Shown piece after piece: positions 1-9,375 of a DNA stretch of 64,000 nucleotides. Location: assembly GCA_000830295.1 (NCBI GenBank), contig CP010425.1, forward strand, positions 480,001-544,000. The letters are read 5' to 3'. Under the pieces are notes generated by a model, which was not told where the DNA came from, did not search any database, and was given only the letters and a program-made list of their open reading frames with translations. Positions within the stretch are counted from its first letter, which is position 1. The number at the start of each line of letters is the position of its first letter. Source of the stretch: an archaeon GW2011_AR15. Its GTDB lineage: Archaea > Nanobdellota > Nanobdellia > Woesearchaeales > GW2011-AR15. Made by a program: the position numbers and the translations under genes.

Positions 1-945
1 CCCGGGCTCTATGGTGAATACAATGTTCTCCTTAATATGCTTTTTGTCTTCTGAATAGAGAGACGGCGGCTCATGTATTTCCAGGCCTACGCCGTGCCCG
101 AGAGCATGCGTGAAAAATTCTGCATGGCTGTTGAACATTTTTATGGCCGAATTGTAAAGCTCGCTGAAAGCCACCCCTTCTTTGACTTCGCTCTCGCAGG
201 CAGCAAGCACACCAAGCACAAGGGAGTAATTTCCCAGCTCTTCTTTTGTGGGATTTCCCATATAAAGCATCCTGCTCATGTCAGAGCAATAGCCCCTGTA
301 TTTTGCGCCGAAATCAAGCAGGAGAAACCCATTTTCAATTTTCTTATCTCCGGCATAATGCGGCTGGGAGCTTCCTTTTCCGGAAGCAACAATAGGCGGA
401 AATGACAGCTCGCACCCTGCCTTTCTTATGTTTCCCTCTATGAATTTTTTCAGTTCCCCTTCACTTCTGAACCTGAAATTCCTGCATATGTCAGAGAAAA
501 CCCTGTCTGCAACATCGCTTGCTTTTTGCATATATGCAATTTCCTTATCCTCTTTTACCATGCGTATCTCAGCGCACAGCCCGGAGATATCGGTATATCT
601 TGCTTTTACGGATTTCTTAAGCCTCTTATAGAGTGCTACAGAACATTTGTTTTCCTCAATCCCTGCCTTATCAATCTTGGACCTTGACAATATTCTTGAA
701 AGGATCTCCAATAAGAATTTCTTTTTTTCAGCTTTATATACTTTTAATTTTGTCTTCAGCGCCCTCTCATATTCCATTTCGGGTGCAAGCAAGAATGAAG
801 ATTTCTGGGTGATAACAAGAATCCCAAGCCCCAAATACCCAGCAAGATATTCCATGTTGACATTGGGCGGATTGTCAAGGCAGAAAAAGAAAGCAGCACC
901 TATGTTCTTTTCTTCTAGTGCAGATTGCAATTTCCTGATTCGCAT
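1..945 (-). CDS. Xaa-Pro aminopeptidase/prolidase (M24B), 3' end runs off the window
   Basis: Not in the ORF track. Manual translation from ATG at 945 (MRIRKLQSALEEKNIGAAFF...) contains the M24 motifs HALGHGVGLEIHEPP and FTIEPG near base 1. Confidence 0.9.
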   Translation of the reverse strand, partial: MRIRKLQSALEEKNIGAAFFFCLDNPPNVNMEYLAGYLGLGILVITQKSSFLLAPEMEYERALKTKLKVYKAEKKKFLLEILSRILSRSKIDKAGIEENKCSVALYKRLKKSVKARYTDISGLCAEIRMVKEDKEIAYMQKASDVADRVFSDICRNFRFRSEGELKKFIEGNIRKAGCELSFPPIVASGKGSSQPHYAGDKKIENGFLLLDFGAKYRGYCSDMSRMLYMGNPTKEELGNYSLVLGVLAACESEVKEGVAFSELYNSAIKMFNSHAEFFTHALGHGVGLEIHEPPSLYSEDKKHIKENIVFTIEPG

Positions 946-986
946 TTCCAGCAAATAAAAGTCAGGGCTTAATAAAAGTTGCTATC

Positions 987-1337
987 TTATGGCATTATGT
1001 TTCTGCTAAAGAAAAACATAAATGCATATATTATACAGAAAATGATAAAGAAAACATACCAAGAAGACAACAATAAATCCAAGGTTTTATTAGTAAAACC
1101 TTTGGAAATTTCAGTCTCATTAATTCTCCTTCTGTCTTTTGCTTTCCTCTTCTGAATCTTCTTTTTAAATACTTTAAGTTCTTCCTTCCTCATCTCAGGA
1201 AATACAATTGAGGAATAATTACAGTTTCTACACATTTTTCTTGTGGAACCGCCCCAAGCAAGCATATCTCTAGATAGGTCGTTTTCGACATTAGTACTTC
1301 CGCATCTTGGGCAAACCAGAAAAAAGCTTTTTCTCAT
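987..1337 (-). CDS. Small Zn-ribbon protein with a C-terminal transmembrane helix
   Basis: CPRCGS...CRNC cysteine pairs, basic linker, hydrophobic C-terminus. Confidence 0.7.
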   Translation of the reverse strand: MRKSFFLVCPRCGSTNVENDLSRDMLAWGGSTRKMCRNCNYSSIVFPEMRKEELKVFKKKIQKRKAKDRRRINETEISKGFTNKTLDLLLSSWYVFFIIFCIIYAFMFFFSRNIMP

Positions 1338-1362
1338 CTTTTCAAAGAGACAAATTTTAGTA

Positions 1363-2442
1363 TTATCTAGTTACCTGATAGCTTTCAACAAGCTCTTTCA
1401 ACGCCTTTGCTTTTTTGTCTTTCTCAAAATGCTCCCTGACAGGGTGTACAAGCTCGTTGATGTAATATGCAGTTGCTTTCTTCAGGTCAAGAGGATGAAT
1501 CTTTCCTTCTCCATATAGCTTTTCAAGTTTTGCATAGCCTTTTACAGTGAGATTTCCGCCGAACTTCTCAGGCCTCTTTATCTCAAAAGCCTCAAATTTC
1601 TCAAAAACAATATACCTGCAGTATTCCAGAACAGGATTTTCGGCAGTCTGTCTCTCAGGACACCAGGCCTTGTTCATCTTTCTTTCAATGTCCTCTTTTG
1701 TGTCTGTCATGAAGATGGCTGTATCGGGTTTTGACTTAGACATCTTGAGGTCGATGGTGCGCTCTGCTGCATCCTTTCCTTCTGTTTTCGGAGGCTCATT
1801 AAGCCCCATAAGCATATGATGCGAGACAATGACGGGCTTCCAGAACCCTATAGACGGCCCGATTTCCCTTGCCAGGACATTGACTTTCCTCTGGTCCATT
1901 CCAAGCTGGCAGATGTCTGCTTTCAGGTGAAAAATATCAGCAGCCTGCATGCAGGGGTAAATGATATGGGATGCCTGCAGTGATTCACTTTCTGAGCGGC
2001 CCATGATCTGCACTGTCCTGAGAATTCTTTTCACTGTGCTGTGCCTTGCAATCTGCATTACAGTCTTCCAGTATTCGCGGTTGTTAAGGAGCTCAGAAGC
2101 CCAGACAAACTCAACATTCTCGAAATCCATGTCGCAGGCTTTCCACACCTCTATGAAATATTTGCCGACATTCTGTATCCTGTCAAGGTCGCCGCCCATC
2201 TTGTTGTTTGCCCAGCCGTGCCAGTCTGCAACAAGCATCTTGAAATGCGCCCCGGCCTTTACCATCTTGTTGACATTGATGGCTCTAAGGATTCCCTGTG
2301 CAATATGTATCCTGCCGGACGGCTCAAATCCGTCGTAGGCAATGAACTTCTTTTTTTTGCTGAGAAGCTCTTTCAGCTCCTCTTCCAGAACAATCTCTTC
2401 CCCGACTTCCCTAACCAGCTTCAGCCTGTCTTCTGTATTCAT
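1363..2442 (-). CDS. tyrS: Tyrosyl-tRNA synthetase (archaeal/eukaryal type)
   Basis: AYDGFEPSGRIHIAQG (HIGH-like), YPCMQAAD, GMDQRK and KMSKS motifs. Confidence 0.97.
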   Translation of the reverse strand: MNTEDRLKLVREVGEEIVLEEELKELLSKKKKFIAYDGFEPSGRIHIAQGILRAINVNKMVKAGAHFKMLVADWHGWANNKMGGDLDRIQNVGKYFIEVWKACDMDFENVEFVWASELLNNREYWKTVMQIARHSTVKRILRTVQIMGRSESESLQASHIIYPCMQAADIFHLKADICQLGMDQRKVNVLAREIGPSIGFWKPVIVSHHMLMGLNEPPKTEGKDAAERTIDLKMSKSKPDTAIFMTDTKEDIERKMNKAWCPERQTAENPVLEYCRYIVFEKFEAFEIKRPEKFGGNLTVKGYAKLEKLYGEGKIHPLDLKKATAYYINELVHPVREHFEKDKKAKALKELVESYQVTR

Positions 2443-2495
2443 ACGGGAAGCTTAAAGGAGAATGATTAATAAATTTTATGCTGAAAATAAAGAAA

Positions 2496-2611
2496 GGCGG
2501 ACAGCGAACCAGTTTTCCCACACATAGTGCAGTACCGGCTGGAACGTCGGCAGTTTTTACTTCTGTGTTCGAAATGGGAACAGGTAGCTCCCTGCCACTA
2601 TGGCCGTCCAT
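2496..2611 (-). rRNA. rrf: 5S rRNA, stand-alone
   Basis: Reverse complement reads GGACGGCCATAGTGGCAGGGAGCTACCTGTTCCCATTTCGAACACAGAAGTAAAAACTGCC...GTACTG...GGGAAA...CGCTGTCC. It has the conserved CCCAT..CGAAAC-like loop C and terminal helix I (GGACGGC/GCTGTCC), followed by a T-rich tract. Ends approximate. Confidence 0.93.
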
Positions 2612-2630
2612 AGTGGTGGAAACAAGGACC

Positions 2631-2640
2631 CTTTATAAAG
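2631..2640 (-). promoter_or_regulatory. TATA box for the 5S rRNA gene
   Basis: CTTTATAAAG lies ~20-30 nt upstream of the 5S 5' end. Confidence 0.6.
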
Positions 2641-2669
2641 TTAACTTTTTATAGTCACTCACGAAAAAA

Positions 2670-3740
2670 CTAGTGATTATTTCTTACTTCGACCATTTCT
2701 TTTATAATTTCCCTTATATTCATAGTTATTTTCCAATCAGGATAATCTCTCTTAAATTTCGACATATCAGTATAATAGCATATATGGTCTCCAACCCTGT
2801 TTTTGTCGCTGTATCTGTAATCCAGTTTCAGTCCGAATTCTTTTTCTAGGATTTCTATTATCTCAAGTATTGAAGCAGAATTTTCCTTGCCCCCTCCAAG
2901 GTTATAGACAGCGCCCTTTTTCGGTTTTTTATAGAATTCATAGAAAGCAGAAACAACGTCCCTGCTGTGGATCTGGTCCCTAACCTGCTTTCCCTTGTAG
3001 CCGAAAATAGTATACGGCAGTTTTTTCTTTGCGCAGTTCACAATATAAGCCAGGAAGCCATGCAGCTTTACTGCGCTGTGCTGCGGGCCCGTCAGACAGC
3101 CCCCCCTGAACACACCAACATTCAACCCGAAATATTTCCCGTATTCCTGGCACAAAACATCAGCGGCTGTTTTTGAAGCCCCCATAAGACTATGCGTGCT
3201 GTTGTCTATAGACATCTCTTCACTGATACCTTTTTGCGATACCCCAGCCAGCTTTTGTTTTTTCCTGTAATCAAATCTTGCAGCGGTCTCTGTAAGCTCT
3301 GCCATGTTAGGCATATCACCGTATACTTTGTTTGTTGATGTAAATATGAACACGCCATTCTGGGAATAGAGCCTGAATGCCTCGAGAAGGTTAAGAGTGC
3401 CTACAGCATTAATATCAAAATCAGTGAAAGGCTCTTTTGCCGCCCAGTCATGGGAAGGCTGCGCTGCCGTGTGTATTATCAAATCGAATGGTCCTTTTTC
3501 TTTAAACAATTTCAGAATCTTTTCCCTTTCTCTTATATCAACATCCATATGTTCAAAGTTTTTGCTGAGTTTTGTTAGGTATGCGGTATTTCCTCTGGTA
3601 TCTCCGCCTTCTCCGAAGAAATATTTTCTCATATTGTTGTCAATGCCGATGACAGTTGCCCCCTTTTCCAGGAAAGACCTTGAGGATTCAAAACCAATAA
3701 GTCCGCCGCAGCCGGTAATGAGAATTTTTTCTTTTTTCAT
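2670..3740 (-). CDS. NAD-dependent epimerase/dehydratase (CDP-tyvelose/paratose epimerase-like extended SDR)
   Basis: TGCGGLIG, HTAAQPSHD, TSTNKVYG and GKQVRD motifs; the YxxxK position reads MGASK. Confidence 0.85.
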   Translation of the reverse strand: MKKEKILITGCGGLIGFESSRSFLEKGATVIGIDNNMRKYFFGEGGDTRGNTAYLTKLSKNFEHMDVDIREREKILKLFKEKGPFDLIIHTAAQPSHDWAAKEPFTDFDINAVGTLNLLEAFRLYSQNGVFIFTSTNKVYGDMPNMAELTETAARFDYRKKQKLAGVSQKGISEEMSIDNSTHSLMGASKTAADVLCQEYGKYFGLNVGVFRGGCLTGPQHSAVKLHGFLAYIVNCAKKKLPYTIFGYKGKQVRDQIHSRDVVSAFYEFYKKPKKGAVYNLGGGKENSASILEIIEILEKEFGLKLDYRYSDKNRVGDHICYYTDMSKFKRDYPDWKITMNIREIIKEMVEVRNNH

Positions 3741-4549
3741 CTTTTATTTTCGTTTCTGTATTTATTTAAATCATTTTTTGATTTTATCTTTATCACGCCG
3801 GAAGTGCTCAGATAGCCGTTAAGCAGACCTTTTTTGGCAAGCTCAGGGAACAGCTCGTTTTCCAGGCTGTTGTTTGTGTATTCAAGTATTTCCGGCCTGG
3901 CAACAAAAACAGAGGAAAACCCAAGGTAGATGTCATTTTTATCAGGCTTTTGTATGAAATCCAGTATTTTTGAGCCCTCAACCTTAACAATCCCCTTTTT
4001 GCCTGGATCAGGAGAAGCAGTCAGCAGCAATGTTGCAAACCCCTTTTTCTTGATATGCTCATTCCAGAGCTCTTCCACGTTAAGATGCGGAAACAGTATG
4101 TCGCTATAAACAACAAGGAAATCCGAGGTTATTTTGCCTTTTACAAGCCTCAGCGAGTCAGCTGAGCCTAATGATTCTTTTTCCTCAACATATTCCAGCA
4201 CAACTCCGTATTTTGAGCCGTTCTGCACTATTGAGAATACAGCGTTTATTATGTTTCTTCTGGCAATAAGAAAGACTTTCCTAAAGCCATTTTCCTTCAG
4301 GGTCTTGAGCGTGCTTTCAACCACAGTCATGCTGCCTGCTTTTGCGGTTATCCTGTAGTCTTTATCTGACAGCTTAAGATCCTCTTCAGGCCCGCCTGAG
4401 AGGATTACGGCAACTTTGCTGTCTCCAAGCGCATTATTTACAAGAAGCTCTATTGCCTGGCTCCTGTTCCTTATGTAGATATTGTCTATTATTTCGTCTA
4501 TTTCTCTAAGCGTGCTTTCACTCAGAGTAATAGATATTTTTTCCTTCAT
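3737..4549 (-). CDS. Ribbon-helix-helix (CopG/NikR-like) domain fused to a degenerate sugar-phosphate nucleotidyltransferase domain
   Basis: N-terminal KEKISITLSESTLREID...NRSQAIELLV (RHH), then VILSGG, EEKESLGSADSL, FLVVYSDIL and SLENELFPELA (NTP_transferase fold). Likely start is the ATG at 4549. Confidence 0.8.
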   Translation of the reverse strand: MKEKISITLSESTLREIDEIIDNIYIRNRSQAIELLVNNALGDSKVAVILSGGPEEDLKLSDKDYRITAKAGSMTVVESTLKTLKENGFRKVFLIARRNIINAVFSIVQNGSKYGVVLEYVEEKESLGSADSLRLVKGKITSDFLVVYSDILFPHLNVEELWNEHIKKKGFATLLLTASPDPGKKGIVKVEGSKILDFIQKPDKNDIYLGFSSVFVARPEILEYTNNSLENELFPELAKKGLLNGYLSTSGVIKIKSKNDLNKYRNENKR

Positions 4550-4639
4550 ATACGGGGGTGGGAAAATCAAATATATAAACGTATCGTATAAAGTAGGATA
4601 AGGGTAAGATATTTATATAATCTGCATTACCAGAGAGCC
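4550..4639. promoter_or_regulatory. Back-to-back TATA promoters with intervening ~10-11-bp-period direct repeats
   Basis: TTTATATA on - at ~4572-4579 and TTTATATA on + at 4612-4619, each ~22-30 nt before its ATG. GTAGGATA (4593-4600) and GTAAGATA (4604-4611) lie between them. Confidence 0.6.
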
Positions 4640-5911
4640 ATGAACATATCAGTTGTAGGTTTGGGTTACGTAGGCCTTATACAGGCCGCAGGAATGGCAA
4701 AACTGGGCCATAATGTGCTTGGCTCTGATATGGATAAGAATAAAGTTGATAAAATCAACAGCAAAGAGCCGCCGATATATGAGAACGGCCTGAAAGAAAT
4801 ACTCCAGGAGACAGTTCCTTCCAGATTTTCAGCTTATCAGGAGCTGAAAAAGCCGTTTATGGAGTCAGATGCCACATTCATCTGTGTCGGCACGCCTTCA
4901 AAGAGGCAGGGAGAGATGTCCCTGCACCAGCTTGAAAATGTGATGAGGCAGTTGGGAGAACTTCTTAAAGAGAAAAAATACCATATTTTTGTAATAAAAA
5001 GTACAGTTGTGCCAGGAACATGCGAGAACATTGTAATCCCGGTTGTTGAAAAAGCAAGCGGAAAAAAGTTCAAAAAAGACTTCTCAGTTGTAATGAACCC
5101 GGAATTCTTAAGAGAAGGGGAGGCGCTTGAGGACTTTTTTGACCCTGACAGGATTGTCCTGGGCAGTTCAGATAAAACAGCACTGAAAAAAATAAAAGAG
5201 ATCTACAGTCCATTCAAATGCCCTGTGCTTGAAACAGGTTTTAAAGAGGCAGAAATGATAAAATATGCCTCAAACGCCTTTCTTGCAACAAAAATATCCT
5301 TCATCAATGAGATTGGGAACATATCAAAGACATTTGGGATAGACACAAACATAGTTGCAAAAGGAATAGGCATGGATAAGAGAATCTCCCCACATTTCCT
5401 GAAGTCAGGGATTGGCTTTGGAGGCAGCTGCTTCCCTAAAGATGTCAATGCTATAGTCTACAAGGCTACAGAAAAGGGATATAATCCAAAATTATTAAGG
5501 TCTGTACTTGATGTCAACAGGGACCAGCCCCTTAAGATGATAGAGCTGCTTGACAGGAAAGAGGGCCCGATTAAGGGAAAGAAAATAGGCCTGCTCGGGC
5601 TTACATTCAAGGCAGGGACAGATGACATAAGGGAAAGCCCGGCGCTTGTTACAATCAAAGAACTGCTTATGGAGGAGGCAGAGCTTTACATATATGATCC
5701 GAAGGCAATGGAAAAGACAAAGAAGCTCTTTCCTCACCTGAATTATCTTAGCTCAGCACAGGAAGTTGTTGATGAGTGCGAGGCAGTACTAATACTTACA
5801 GAATGGCCGGAGTTCAGGACCCTTGATTATGGCAAAAAGCTGGTCATAGACGGCAAGAACCTCTTCTTTGACAACCACAGGCCAGAGAATTACGAGGGGA
5901 TTTGCTGGTAA
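4640..5911 (+). CDS. ugd: UDP-glucose 6-dehydrogenase family
   Basis: GLGYVG, ICVGTP, KSTVVPGT, NPEFLREG, KYASNAFLA, GFGGSCFPKD and FKAGTDDIRESP motifs. Confidence 0.93.
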   Translation: MNISVVGLGYVGLIQAAGMAKLGHNVLGSDMDKNKVDKINSKEPPIYENGLKEILQETVPSRFSAYQELKKPFMESDATFICVGTPSKRQGEMSLHQLENVMRQLGELLKEKKYHIFVIKSTVVPGTCENIVIPVVEKASGKKFKKDFSVVMNPEFLREGEALEDFFDPDRIVLGSSDKTALKKIKEIYSPFKCPVLETGFKEAEMIKYASNAFLATKISFINEIGNISKTFGIDTNIVAKGIGMDKRISPHFLKSGIGFGGSCFPKDVNAIVYKATEKGYNPKLLRSVLDVNRDQPLKMIELLDRKEGPIKGKKIGLLGLTFKAGTDDIRESPALVTIKELLMEEAELYIYDPKAMEKTKKLFPHLNYLSSAQEVVDECEAVLILTEWPEFRTLDYGKKLVIDGKNLFFDNHRPENYEGICW

Positions 5912-5990
5912 TTTTTCACCTATAAAATCCTCCTTTCTACATATATTTTAAAGACAAGATATTTAAACAAGAGTATTTTAATTTTGAAAA

Positions 5991-7598
5991 ATGTTTTTTA
6001 AAACCATATTAAAGAAAATATCTAAACACAAGATTGTCCTGTTTTTGATATTATTGAATTTAACCTTAAATCTCATAGGTATTAATTTTGGTCTTCCTGA
6101 TACGTGGCATCCCGATGAACTTACACATTCTGTTACAAGAATGCTGTCAGAAAAAACACTTAATCCTGGAAGATTCACGTATCCTTCTTTTTACCATTAT
6201 GTGCTCATAGCTGCGAATATACCCTATTCGGCATTTTTACTGTTATCAGGAAAAGCGGCGATGTTAGCGACAGATTCAGTACTAAGGCAACAGACAATAG
6301 CAATAATCTTTCTGACGTCTAGGATTGTTACTGCCTTTTTTGGAAGCATACTGGTTTTTCTTATATACATTATAGCAAAAAAAGTCTCGAATGAGAGAGC
6401 GGCCATTATCTCTGCTGCCTTTGCATCTCTAAACATGGCCATAATTACATACTCACATTTTGCAACATCAGACATGCCAGTAACTGTAATGTCTATGCTC
6501 TCTATCTATATGATACTCAGACTTTATGAAAAGCCAATACGTATGAATTATATCCTAACCGGGCTGGCCATAGGGCTTGCTACAGGAACAAAATATTATG
6601 CGGTAGTGTTGGTTCTTTTATTAATAGGAGCGCATTTACTTGCAACAAAAAAAGTTTCAATAAATAAAAATTTAATAATCTCAGGTATGTTGTGCGCTGT
6701 TGGATTTCTAATTACTACCCCTTTTGCAATTCTTGACTTTAACACCTTTTTTAGAGATACCACACTTCTTTTTACGACCGTGCAAACAGTCCAAAATCTT
6801 TACGACCCCGTAACAGCGTTATCCTATTTTTTCCATCTAGATAATGGTCTCGGAACACCCCTTTTTATCCTTAGTTTAATAGGAACAGCATATTGTGTTT
6901 ATTTGGCAAGAAAAAATAATAAATTACTGCTTCTTTTGTCATGGGCAATAGGATATTTTTTGCTTGTATCTTATATCATACACTTCTCATTTTTAAGATA
7001 CATACTTCCTGTTGTGCCAATAATTATTATCTTTGCAGGTGTTTTTTTCAATTATTTGCTTTCATTTAAGAGACACAGAATAATCACTTACTCTTTTCTT
7101 TTTGCAGTTTTGTTATTCAATTTTTCATATGCAATAAAAACAGATATGCTCTTTGTAAAAGATTCTCGTTATTCTTCCACGGAATGGATAAAAGAGAATA
7201 TACCTGATAATTCTAATATATTGATATTTGCGCAAAACCTTAGGTATTTTCCTGACATATCCTCTGAAAAGAACGTAAGTTATCTTAATGTTACAGATTT
7301 TTCAAGTGTTGAAAGTCTAAGAGAAGCAATCAAAAAAATATCACCAGATTATATAATCGAGTCAAGTCTTTACTATAATAGGTACCTCTACTATACCAAC
7401 ATGTATCCAAAAAGATCCCCTCTGCAAGATCTTTTCGGTTATGTGAGCCACGAGCCAGTCGCAACTGATTTTTATAGAGAACTTATAAATGAAAAATTAG
7501 GATATTCATTAATTAAAAAATTCCCGGAAGAAAAAGAGGACGTGCCTGATCCTGAGTTTATAAATCCAACAATTTTAATATTCAAATTAAATAACTAA
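5991..7598 (+). CDS. GT-C fold membrane glycosyltransferase (GT39/ArnT/PMT-like)
   Basis: Multi-TM protein with the WHPDE acidic motif after TM1, FTYPSF, SHFATSD, GLATGTKY and RYILP. Confidence 0.85.
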   Translation: MFFKTILKKISKHKIVLFLILLNLTLNLIGINFGLPDTWHPDELTHSVTRMLSEKTLNPGRFTYPSFYHYVLIAANIPYSAFLLLSGKAAMLATDSVLRQQTIAIIFLTSRIVTAFFGSILVFLIYIIAKKVSNERAAIISAAFASLNMAIITYSHFATSDMPVTVMSMLSIYMILRLYEKPIRMNYILTGLAIGLATGTKYYAVVLVLLLIGAHLLATKKVSINKNLIISGMLCAVGFLITTPFAILDFNTFFRDTTLLFTTVQTVQNLYDPVTALSYFFHLDNGLGTPLFILSLIGTAYCVYLARKNNKLLLLLSWAIGYFLLVSYIIHFSFLRYILPVVPIIIIFAGVFFNYLLSFKRHRIITYSFLFAVLLFNFSYAIKTDMLFVKDSRYSSTEWIKENIPDNSNILIFAQNLRYFPDISSEKNVSYLNVTDFSSVESLREAIKKISPDYIIESSLYYNRYLYYTNMYPKRSPLQDLFGYVSHEPVATDFYRELINEKLGYSLIKKFPEEKEDVPDPEFINPTILIFKLNN

Positions 7599-7604
7599 GG
7601 CAAC

Positions 7605-8534
7605 CTAAAGATTATTTTGATACCAATCCACCGTTTTTCTAATGCCTTCTTTAAGTTTTGTTTTTGGGGCCCAATTTAATTTTTTCTTCATTTTTTTAGC
7701 ACTTAAAATTTTTTTCATGGCACCATCCGGCTTTTCAGCCTGCAAAACAAATTCTCCTTCCCAACCAACAATTTCTTTTATTAATTTAGCCATATCTATT
7801 ATAGAAATCCCCTTTGTCACGCCAACATTCATAATTTCGTTGGGCTCAAATTTTTCAATATTCTCTATAGTTTTCAATATTGCCATTGCACCATCCTCAA
7901 CATAGAGCCACTCTCTGACAGGTTTTCCTGTTCCCCATATTTCAACATGCTTTTTGCCTTTATTTTTTGCGTCTACAATTTTTGAAATCAATGCCCCCAA
8001 AGCATGCGACTTGATAATCTCAAAATGGTCTCCGGGCCCATACATATTCGGAAATATCAGATGTACGGGTCTGAAGTTTGGATTGATCTGGCAGTAAGCA
8101 AAACAATGCCCCCAAAGCATCTTTCTTGGCAGACCATAGGTAAGCACGGAAGGATGCATTTCGCCATCCCACCATTTTGATTCCTCATAGATTTCCATAT
8201 TTCCCGGATATGTACAGTTCGGCATTATATTGATTAATATTGGGATGCCTGCTTCATTACATACTTTAACAACATTCATACTAATTATAGAATTATCTTC
8301 AAATACTTCTACAGGATGCAGTTTATTATATGCTATGCCGCCGACATGTGCGGCACAATGAATCATAATATCTGGCCTTATTTTCAGAACATGTTTCCTG
8401 AATAGATCGTAATTAGTTATATCAATACCTTCTTTCCTGCTGACAGAGAAAACTTTGAATTTATTGGACTCAAGAAGTTTAATCACATTCTTTCCCAGAA
8501 ATCCGGTTCCCCCAGTTACAATAATCTTTTTCAT
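7605..8534 (-). CDS. fcl: GDP-L-fucose synthase-like epimerase/reductase
   Basis: TGGTGFLG, AAHVGGI, CTYP, NMYGPGDHF, WGTGKPVREWLYVED and KPDG motifs. Confidence 0.8.
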   Translation of the reverse strand: MKKIIVTGGTGFLGKNVIKLLESNKFKVFSVSRKEGIDITNYDLFRKHVLKIRPDIMIHCAAHVGGIAYNKLHPVEVFEDNSIISMNVVKVCNEAGIPILINIMPNCTYPGNMEIYEESKWWDGEMHPSVLTYGLPRKMLWGHCFAYCQINPNFRPVHLIFPNMYGPGDHFEIIKSHALGALISKIVDAKNKGKKHVEIWGTGKPVREWLYVEDGAMAILKTIENIEKFEPNEIMNVGVTKGISIIDMAKLIKEIVGWEGEFVLQAEKPDGAMKKILSAKKMKKKLNWAPKTKLKEGIRKTVDWYQNNL

Positions 8535-8569
8535 CTTTATTTAATAAATACACAAACAACTTTTTAAGT

Positions 8570-9331
8570 TTATGCTCTACTTTTCTTTAAAATAACAACA
8601 TATGATGAGCCAAGAGGTCCAGGCTTTCTTTTTTGCACACTTCTTTTTACTATGCCAATTTCAGCATCCATTATCCAACTAAGTACTTTATTTAACGGTT
8701 TAGGGAGGGGTTTCAGCACATTTGAAGACTTCTTGTTTGGGAAGAGCTTTTTCAGAAAAGTAAGAAAAACAAACAAAGGCAACAGAAGAATGTTAAAATG
8801 GCTTATAGTGAGGATTTTCAGCTCGCATTCTTTGGCGATATACCTGATTCTTCCTATATTGTATCTTCTATGATGATGGTATGCATCGTCATTACTGCTC
8901 CAGAGCCATTTATGGGCAGGAACAATAAGAAACAAAATTCCATCTTTTTTGCACACTCTTTTCATTTCGCCTAATGCCCGTATATCGTCTTCAACGTGTT
9001 CGATGACATCAAGGGCAGTTACAATATCAAATGTGTTTTCTTTAAAAGGAATATCGAGAATACTCCCATATCTTATATTTTTTTCAAAACCCCTCTCCTT
9101 GCAGAAATTAATGGCGTTTTCATCCACATCTATGGCCATGAAATCCAGTTTATTTTTTTTCAGATAATCGAGAAATGCCCCTTCACTGCACCCAACATCC
9201 AATAACTTCTTTTTATCTAAATCAGCATACATGTCTTTCAGTAAAGAAATCACTAACTTGTTTCTTGCATTCCCAAACCACCAACCACCTTTTTGCAATG
9301 CATATATTTTTCTGAACACTTCCACTTCCAT
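8570..9331 (-). CDS. Class I SAM-dependent methyltransferase (glycan-locus type)
   Basis: LLDVGCSEG, DVIEHVEDD and VPAHKWLWSSND..HHRRY motifs. Confidence 0.9.
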   Translation of the reverse strand: MEVEVFRKIYALQKGGWWFGNARNKLVISLLKDMYADLDKKKLLDVGCSEGAFLDYLKKNKLDFMAIDVDENAINFCKERGFEKNIRYGSILDIPFKENTFDIVTALDVIEHVEDDIRALGEMKRVCKKDGILFLIVPAHKWLWSSNDDAYHHHRRYNIGRIRYIAKECELKILTISHFNILLLPLFVFLTFLKKLFPNKKSSNVLKPLPKPLNKVLSWIMDAEIGIVKRSVQKRKPGPLGSSYVVILKKSRA

Positions 9332-9375
9332 ATTAATAACACCGTTTCTCCTTATTTTTATAGATATCTTATTTA

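Noticed and set aside
2411-2611. 66-aa ORF on the minus strand
   Set aside because: It is a translation of the 5S rRNA gene and overlaps tyrS.
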